A stretch of 58,548 nt of DNA, counting the filler, from Platydemus manokwari (lineage: Eukaryota), in assembly GCA_037951405.1 (NCBI GenBank). It is 4 parts of 4 records of this genome, joined end to end, with 100 filler letters (N's around TTAATTAATTAA, not from the genome) between each part and the next. Parts side by side here need not be neighbours in the genome. Positions count along the whole stretch, not along the records: positions 46,186 to 58,548 come from JBBMOY010171121.1; 3 more parts are not named here. The stretch is one strand, 5' to 3'. A model generated the notes under the pieces. That model was given only the letters and a program-made list of their open reading frames with translations. It was not told the DNA's origin and made no database searches. A program made the position numbers and the translations under genes. Shown here piece by piece: positions 49,935-58,548 of this stretch. Numbering within the stretch: the first letter of the stretch is position 1; each line of letters starts with the position of its first letter.

Positions 49935-52726
49935 GGCTTAAAAAATCTGTATTGATGGTTTTTCTTGCTTATAATTACTTGGATTATTAATACATCTTTT
50001 ATATTTCACAACTTTAATTTTAATTTTTATATTGATTTATAATACAATTTGTACCTTACTTATTATACTATAATATTTATTGGTTAAACAGCTGTTAAAA
50101 ATTTTATAAAGGAACGATCCGAGGCACTTGGGAAATCAAATAAACATAAACAACAAGCAGAAAAAAATTTCGATATAAAATCAGAAAGAGTAAAATTTTT
50201 CAAAAAATATACATAATTTTTTCGATTTGTTTAATTGCACCAATTATTTCACTGACCTTTAGGTCATAGCAAAATTCAACTCAAATCTAAAAATAAAAGT
50301 CAGGGCCTTGTTCAAAATAGAATAGTCACAAATGATACTATAAATAACCATGATAGCTAAAAATAGTAACTCAGGTATAACAAATACCAACAATAATAAC
50401 ACATGATACTAAACATAGAATGTTACTAGAAATAGCGACACGACTCATAAAACGCACAGATGATATAAAATAAAAACGGTATGCAAAAATGTGACGCGAT
50501 TTTTCTAGCACAATATTAAGTGTACACAAAATTGGTACTACATATCTAAACTTACAGTATCGCTTGGACATTTATTCAGAAGAATTTTATTATTTTTATT
50601 TATCCGTTTCCAGTGTGGATTTCATTTCAAACCAATTATTCGGAAGATATTATTTTCAATTACTTAATTTTTTATTTAATTTTTTAATTAACTGCGGATC
50701 CACGGATATGGCTACCTTTGCGGTCTTTTAAACTCTGGTAAGTGACTCAGTATTTTGTTCCCCGCAACATCTAAGCGGCACGCCCTTTTCTTTTATCTTG
50801 AGGTTATTGGGCTTATACAACATATTATTGATTATGTGCTAATTTTGAAAATTATTTCAGTTCACCAAGTATATTTTAATGTTTTGTATTGTGCTATTTT
50901 ATAATTAATATTTATATTTTAAATATTATTTGATAATATCTAAGGATTAAATTTCGATGACAACCTGTATCTGTTGGAGTCCAGGTAAGATAAAGATTCA
51001 AAAAACATGGTGATAACAAATTAATATTGATTGTATATGATGTAAAAACCACATGCTTAAGTTACCATTTGTGTGAGTTATTATGATTCAGTTTAATGTA
51101 CGTATCAAATCAAAAATTATTATTTGTTGTTGACTGATTTTAAAAAGGGTTCTCAATCGTTAAACGGAAACTAACTAATGAAAAGTTGGTTTTAACAAGA
51201 CGAAACACTAAGATTTATCAGGTTTAGTAAACTAACTCTATGGCTGACCAAAAAGTTGGCCAGAATGTCGATAACAAGAAAGAAATTTCTGAATTAATAC
51301 AGCATAAGAATATGTTTAAAATAATCTATCTTTTTCCCCAATAATACAAAGAATTGAAAATTATAAAATCGTATTGTCGAGAGTAAAATTATGTACGTAT
51401 ATAGCAATTAAAAAAGCAGCAATAACACAAAAAATTCTGGACAAGGTGGGTAATGAAAAACCAGTAATGCGGATAACTACCAAAACCAGGTGATACAGAA
51501 GAAAGGAGGAAAACCGATAGATTGAATTAATTATAAAATTGTTGGGATTTAAAAGAAATAGATATTGTAAACATTTGCACGATATTGCTTAGATGTATAT
51601 TAATATCAAACTATTTTTATCTAAGTGTTGTAAAATATAAAATTTTTATATCTGTAAATTGAGAATCATAATTTAATTTTTATTCTTTTTTTCTGTATTT
51701 GTACAAGAATTATTGGAAGATGTTAATAATAATGGAATGGTAAATCATAAATTCAAAGATCAAAGTCATAATTAAATATTAGATTAATAGTTAATTTAGG
51801 AACAGTAGTTTAATAATAATAATAATAATTCTAGAAATAAGATTCGGATATTATTTAGTTTAGTAATAATTTTGGTTTATAATAATATTTTTGGTAAATT
51901 AGATTAATTTAACTTTGAAAATAGTTTAGAATAAATAATTAATCCCGCGTTTCAAATGACAACCAGAAAAATATCTACAATAAAACGCTAAATAAATCCC
52001 GCATCCTGAAGTAATGGTGAAGAATAAAATATAATAAAACTCACATAATAACTATTTTATAACAATTTTAATTACAGTCAGTTCATTGTAGCAATTGACA
52101 GTTGGATAATAGTAATAATTAAAACGGAAATACAGATCTCATTTTAAATAATTCATTCATTATTTCCCCGTCTCTGCAATGTAGTATACAAGGTCAGTAA
52201 CAACTAATGCCTTTGACAATTCAAAAATCATTATAAAGAAGCCGTTTCCTGATTAATTTTTCAAAAATAAGCCGTTCTACGACCCAGTTCGGAACTTTAT
52301 GCCCTGTACAAAAGCAGTATTCCTGAAAGATAAAGCATTGGAATTAAATTTTTATGTATAATAAACATTTGATTGATAAAACGCATTCAGTTATTCAATT
52401 GGTAGTTGGTCATATAGTTCCACAATTTCATGCATAAATTTATCATTATCATTCAGCACCTTTTGGAAGTATTTCAGTGTCAAATAAATTAAATGAGACT
52501 GGCAAAATCATTAACATCGTATCTGAGACAATTAAAGAGACAATAATATGGTTTAAAGCATTAAATCATTATCTACGCATTTCCACTTATCTTTATAAAA
52601 GTTGTTTATCGCCCTAGACAATGGAAGATCAATTAGTTAAGGTCAAAATACTGCCTGAGGGTCAAGAGGACATAATATGCTGATTAAGACACAGATAGTA
52701 ATTGTTAAAATCATAATTCAAAATAA

Positions 52727-52727
52727 A

Positions 52728-52791
<64 letters not shown>
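52727..52791. repeat. (AAT)n microsatellite
   Basis: About 21 AAT units read directly. Confidence 0.95.
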
Positions 52792-52794
<3 letters not shown>

Positions 52795-53309
52795 GCCAAA
52801 ACCCTCAAAATGTATCAAATGAATAATTACCAGCTGATGCTTACATCAAATAGCTTTGCTGGGAAATTTTTCTTCTAATGAATTGAATAAAATTGACTTA
52901 TGTCAATCAAAAGAGGCATGGGTAATGCTGCCTAATATGTGCTGCTGATGAGTAACTAAGAGAGTTTAATAAATCGATAGCACCAATCCATCTACTTATA
53001 GATATCTACTCCTTATAGTTTCTACATTGGAGAATCGGATAGTGTTTGTATGAATCTCCTAAATCTACTCGATAATGTCATAGTTATTATTTATTTTAGA
53101 ATAGACTCTATATCTTAATCGAAATTGGCGGCAGGCTGGTTTGTATTAAAACTGTGTAATGTAATGAACGTGGATTTTTGATCTCACTAAATTCAAGTTC
53201 ATGACTACTTCTTAGCATTATTGATCTTAGCATTACTTAAACTTAAATATAATATACTAATAATAAAACGTAGTATCAATATTAAATTTACAATAAACCT
53301 CAGCAAAGT

Positions 53310-54463
53310 ATGCCCATTACTTTCGTTATAAGAATATATTTGGTAAATAATATTAAATTTCAAAATAATTTTTATTATATTTTTCATAAATTTTTTTATA
53401 AAATATTAAAATCTCAGGTTACGGTAAAGTATTTGACTTATAAGCCCATTAATTCAATAATTTATTGTTTAAATTTTATGAATTTTAAATTATATTAATT
53501 TAAAAGTCTAGATGCCAGAAAAGGTTTTTGCACAAATTTTAATTTTAAAGGAGGTTGTAATGAGATTAGAAGCCGACGATCTTGTATTTGCTACAACAGC
53601 AACATATTTTCATCAAATTAACAAAACATTTAATTTCAAAGATTTCAATTTGCATGTAAGATTTACATAATAAAATACCAACTATCAGTGTAATTTTAAA
53701 AACTTCGTTAAATATTTATTTTCAATTTTGTATGGATTTATTTCAGACCATAATGTTAGGATGTTTGCGTTTGGCTTTGAAATGCAATGAGGAAAATCGT
53801 CGTGCTAGTGAAATAGTTATGGCATACTATAAGTGAGATTGAAATAAAATTTTATGCAATTTATCAAGCTAATAATTTTCTGAATATGAATCAGAACTAT
53901 TCATAAAGATAAACAGGGAATTGAGATTGGTCCATGTTTAGAAAAATTACAGAAATCCATTCGAAATTCTGAATTATATGTCGTTCGTTTGTTGAAATTT
54001 AATTTGGCTGTTGATTTGCCTTATTTGCATTTGTTGAGAATTGGTGAATCGCTCATGAATTGGATCGATCGTAGTTTGATAGATTGTAAAACGAAATACA
54101 AATTGATCATTGCCATGGCTTGGTCGTTTATATCAGATTCGTATTTCAATCAGTTTTCTATTGAATATACTGCTCTTCAGGTATTCGTTTTGATCAACTG
54201 TTAGCCGATCTTTATCGATGTTTACTACTAGATGGCTGTGAGTGCAATTTATCTGGCACTTAAAATCGAAAATATTCCCGTCCCATATGATAAAGAACGC
54301 AGCAAACCATGGTTTAAAGTAGGAAGTTTTGACGAAAATTTCGGCCAAATAATTCGATTTGTCCATATTTCAGGTGATTGCAAAAGAAATAACGGAAGAT
54401 GTTATCGATGATATCAATTCAAAGATGATTGTCGGTTATATTTTCAATAATAATGGCTCTTAA
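53310..54463 (+). CDS. CCNQ: Cyclin Q (FAM58/cyclin M)-like protein
   Basis: Exons 53310-53342 (tentative), 53551-53655, 53747-53832, 53895-54180, 54232-54318 and 54374-54463 give EVVMRLEADDLVFATTATYFH..LALKCNEE..SIRNSELYVVRLLKFNLAVDLPYLHLL..MNWIDR..AWSFISDSY..MAVSAIYLAL..VP..KPWFKV. This is collinear with cyclin Q (ELLMLRVLRF, NWLNR, AWALLRDSY, IAVAVLYLAL, KPWWQV). Confidence 0.88.
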
Positions 54464-54587
54464 TAAATGTGATTTTGGATTTTCTTGATTTGAATTGTGT
54501 TGTCTGTTTGCCATATCAGTTATTTTCAAATTGTTTTTTGACATTTGTTAGAATACGGGAACGAAATTCGATTTTTTCGTGTTTCAG

Positions 54588-54738
54588 TGAACATCAGTAT
54601 GTGTCATGCTTCATTGAACACCAATATATGTGTCATGCTTTATTGAACACCAGTATATGTATCATGCTTTATTGAAAACCAATATATGTGTCATGCTTCA
54701 TTGAACACCAGTATATGTGTCATGCTTCATTGAACACC
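54588..54738 (+). repeat. 29-nt minisatellite (~5 copies)
   Basis: TGAACACCARTATATGTGTCATGCTTYAT repeated head-to-tail with no spacers. Confidence 0.92.
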
Positions 54739-55659
54739 TTGAAAATATATTTCAACGACGATGTGTGACAATCGGCTTGTTTTATCAAACGATTTTTTAT
54801 CAAATAAATTTTATTGGATGAGATTTTCGAAATTGATGGGATTCGTGATAAATTCTAAACATTGTTTTTTGCTGATGATGAAGAAGTCGATCTGAAGCGA
54901 TTCATGGAAATTGTTCTGTGTGACTTGATTGTCGTTTTTATTTTCGAAATTATTTTATTTATTGATTTTTTTTTAAAATTCAACAAGTGACTTCAAATTA
55001 CTTGAATAACGTCGACATCAGTTTATCAAAATAATGATAAACAATTACGATTCCAAATGTCACGCTAAGTTCCATGAACAAGAACAAATCATATCAGAGA
55101 GTTGTGATATCAAAAAAATTAAGCAATAAGCCACAGACCAGAAAGATTGTCGAATGCTGGCTAGATTCGGTTGATTTAATGGATAAAAGGTAATGTGCTA
55201 GGGTAATGCGACTATTTTTACTTCCATTTGTCATCAATATATCAGATTTTAGCTCAATGACTTTGATTGGTGATTTCCAGATTTCTATTTTCCATTGTGC
55301 ATTGAAATGCGTGTACTTTTTACTTGTATGTATTGACAGAGTTGAATATTCAATAAAAAATCATTAATTAGTAGAGTTTGCGTGCCAGGTTACTCGTGCA
55401 ATTTTAACCAAAATTGTTCAATTTGTTTGACTTTTATTCTACTAGAAAATATAATTATCCAAAAATGAGCACAGTTGTACACATTACAAATAAGAATTTC
55501 ATTTTTGTAGTTGTCAATGACTTAATCAGAATATAATCAAAATTGGTGTATTTACAAATTTCGTGATTATTTACGTACTGTGAAAATTGAATTCTTTACA
55601 GGAATACTATAAGAAAATTATTTGTAATTACATGTCAAATTTAGGAATATAAATTTGAA

Positions 55660-56400
55660 AAGATCGAGGAAACATGGGCAAACTGGTACTACACTCAGAG
55701 AGCGAAAACGTTAGTGCACCGGATGGTAAGAAAATGCCCGTGACTGTTAGCCCATATAAACATTAGAAGAAATAAAATACCGAGACAGAATCGGTGAGAT
55801 ATACTGCAATATCGAGAAAATATGGGCTAACAGAGAGAGAATGATAAAGAAACCGCAGCTGACAACATGTGGTAACATTGGAGCAGTTTAGAAAAGTCTG
55901 GGAAGAACTAGAGAAAGATAGAAAGGAAAGGTAAAAAGCTGGAGCTTAGGCTTAGATAATCTCAATCTTTGAATTCTTTTTCAATAACATCCAATTCAAT
56001 ACAAATATTCTGACATTTATTGATAATTATTGATTTTGATATTAAATCAATTTATCTTTGTTGATTAATGACATTTATTGATTATAATTATCAATGTACA
56101 AAAAATGATAATTTTATCTGTGTGATTAAAAAATATATATTATCATTTATAAAAAAATTGATTAAAGATGAATAAGATATATTAATAAGGTGGCCAGGAC
56201 AAAACAGGAAAAATATATCTGGAGGATGAGGGCAACTAGGACGGTATTGTATACTGTGGATCCAAGCCCAAAAAGGACACTTGGGGCAAGAAAATCGGAA
56301 GAATCAAGAGTGAGCCAACAATCTCTGAAGAGTCAGTAGTTCCATAAAATGATGGGAGTTCCATGAGTATGTGGACATCGATGAGGACAATGATCACAGA
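55660..56400 (+). mobile_element. Possible retroelement debris (protease- and integrase-like fragments)
   Basis: Purine-rich patches with higher GC. VSAPDGKKMPV resembles a retropepsin flap, and GGQDKT / GHLGQ resemble the integrase H..G..KT region. Weak. Confidence 0.25.
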
Positions 56401-58548
56401 TATTTCTATTAAACTAAACTATCCAAGCTGTCCCCTATATTTTTTATATCCAAAGTCCTTTCTTGCATCTTTATATATGTAATAGTATTTTTGTATATGT
56501 AGTAGTATAATAATATATAGGCAATAAATAATAATTTTATTAACAATAAAATAATTAAAATTCGGACATCACAAAATAATTAATAAATTACGTTAAGTAA
56601 TAGTAAAAAATCATTCACAAAAAATTAGAATTGCTTAAAATACTAATAAAATAATTTCTAATTATCACCATGGTAATTAATTATAGAATTTCTAATATTA
56701 ATTCACTGGAATTATCTAAAAATTCGTAGAATTTCTAAAATTATAGAAATTAATAAAAGAAAAAAGTTAATTTTTGACGAAAAATAAAATTAGGTTTTAA
56801 ATCAAAGTGGAAAAATTAAAAGATTTTAAATTTCTTAAGTAGGATTTCCACTTCTAAAATAGTATAAATAGATTAGAAAAATTATAATTTTTCGTGCTTA
56901 AAAATCTCGACAAAAAACTTAATTTAATAATTCTGCGAAGAAAAAACCTGAATTTTTCGATTCGATTGTCTAGAAACAGAAGCAACAATCTCTGGAGAAT
57001 TCATAAAAATCTATTATGAGCTTTTTAGCAATACTGAGTATTCAATAAAGAATGAAAAACATCTATCTATCTATATGTAATGTAGTGTGATTGTTTTGGT
57101 AATTAAGTCAATTTATTTATTATTCTGATTTCTGTAACATATTAAAATGGTTCCATGATTTGTTTTGATTTCAACAACAGGCCATCCTATAAGAAGTCTG
57201 CCTTTTGATTTAGTAAATAGACTGATATCTTTAGAAGGCTAATTTTATTTTACATCAGATTACCCTTAGTCAAACTCATTTGTTTGGTTAAGTTCACAAA
57301 CCCTAAAATTCAACAGGTAAATTAAATAAAAATTAGAAAATTAATAAAGTTTAATCGATTAAGAATTTTAAATGTCACAGTTATTATCACCAAATAGTTT
57401 TAAAATTTAAAATAGTGATACAAAAATGATAAAATTTTCAAATGATTCTCGGGTACAAAGAACCCCAAGTCAACAATACGCCAGTATGGGTTGACGAAAA
57501 ACGTTCACAAATCACTAATATAAAATTTGAAGTTTGAACTGACAAATAACAAAAATTTACAAATTCTTGAAATCTGAACAGACAAGTTGTAATATTTGAA
57601 TTAATATTTTTGCGAAATATCTATCAAGACTTATTTGTAAAATAAATTAATTTGTCAAAACTTTTGTTAATTAACTTTATTAAATTCCCAAAAGAATTCT
57701 ACCCTTCCGGACCCAACCAATTCATCTCAACATTTATTGATTAAAATAATTAAGATTGCAGTAAAGTTATTGCGATCTCAGCAAGATGATTATAATTATT
57801 GTCATAAAAAATTCGTCTGTGTGATCAATTTTGTAATTTGATATTTAATAAAAGTTGAAAAGTAAATTTGTGTTTGTGTCTTTTAACTAAAAACTAAACA
57901 AATAAATTGACTATTGAGAACTCACGCTATTAAGCTGATTAACAGCCTTTGATCACCTAAAATCCGACAATATGTTCGAAAATGATGAAAAAATAACAGA
58001 AACCAAGACAACATCAACAATTATATTATCAATAAAACAAATTTAATTTAAATCATATATCCAAAATTTTCTTTCTCTAAATCTTAAATTTCTATTCTAC
58101 CAATGATTATTGAAAATCTCTAAATTTCACTATTGATTTTCTTTCAAATAAGTTATCTTAAATCAAAGTTGAAAACACGGGAAAAATATAGAATTATGAT
58201 TACATTTAATGAAAATAAAATGAAAATTATAATGCATGAAACTTAACTGTGATTGAATTTTGGCACTAAATCTATGAACTTCATTATTTTCTGTCATAAT
58301 ATAAGTATTAAAGTTAAAATATAATTAAAAATCTTTTTTACAATTTAAAATAAAATGATTTTAAATAATATTTTAATCAATTATTATTTTTAATTTAATC
58401 TTTCGTTTTAATTTATTGTTACTTGATTATTTATTTAAACTATTTGACTTATATTTTTTAATTTTTATTTTATAATTAGATTTTATGAGTAAAGTTAATC
58501 ATAGTAAAAAGAATACAAGAAAAACTGAAAATAATCAAAAATGTTATG

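Noticed and set aside
54588-54738. 29-30 nt repeats (here and at 31311-31495) as a CRISPR array
   Set aside because: The units are head-to-tail with no unique spacers, there are no cas genes, and the context is eukaryotic.

Overview
Very AT-rich eukaryotic genomic scaffold with short GT-AG spliceosomal introns (mostly 42-90 nt) and three 100-nt assembly gaps. It is probably an invertebrate animal; the KLF, C-type lectin, F-type lectin and cyclin Q content supports this, but the species cannot be determined from the sequence. Genes spliced by hand: an ING-family PHD protein, eIF3c (8 exons), a divergent PP1 catalytic subunit, a 5'-incomplete KLF zinc-finger factor, a secreted F-type lectin + PAN/apple-like protein, a tandem two-domain C-type lectin plus a chimeric paralogue fragment, a USP30-like deubiquitinase and cyclin Q (FAM58). 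Intergenic DNA is full of decayed mobile elements: two Ty3/Gypsy copies of one family in opposite orientation, a tandem-LTR element with a decapeptide-repeat ORF ahead of gag, candidate solo LTRs, and pogo/Tigger, hAT-like and RAG/Transib/Chapaev-like remnants. There is also a decayed LRR gene. No rRNA, tRNA or CRISPR was found. I see no proven new biological system. The best leads are the lectin locus, which shows domain shuffling, and the repeat-ORF-carrying LTR element.
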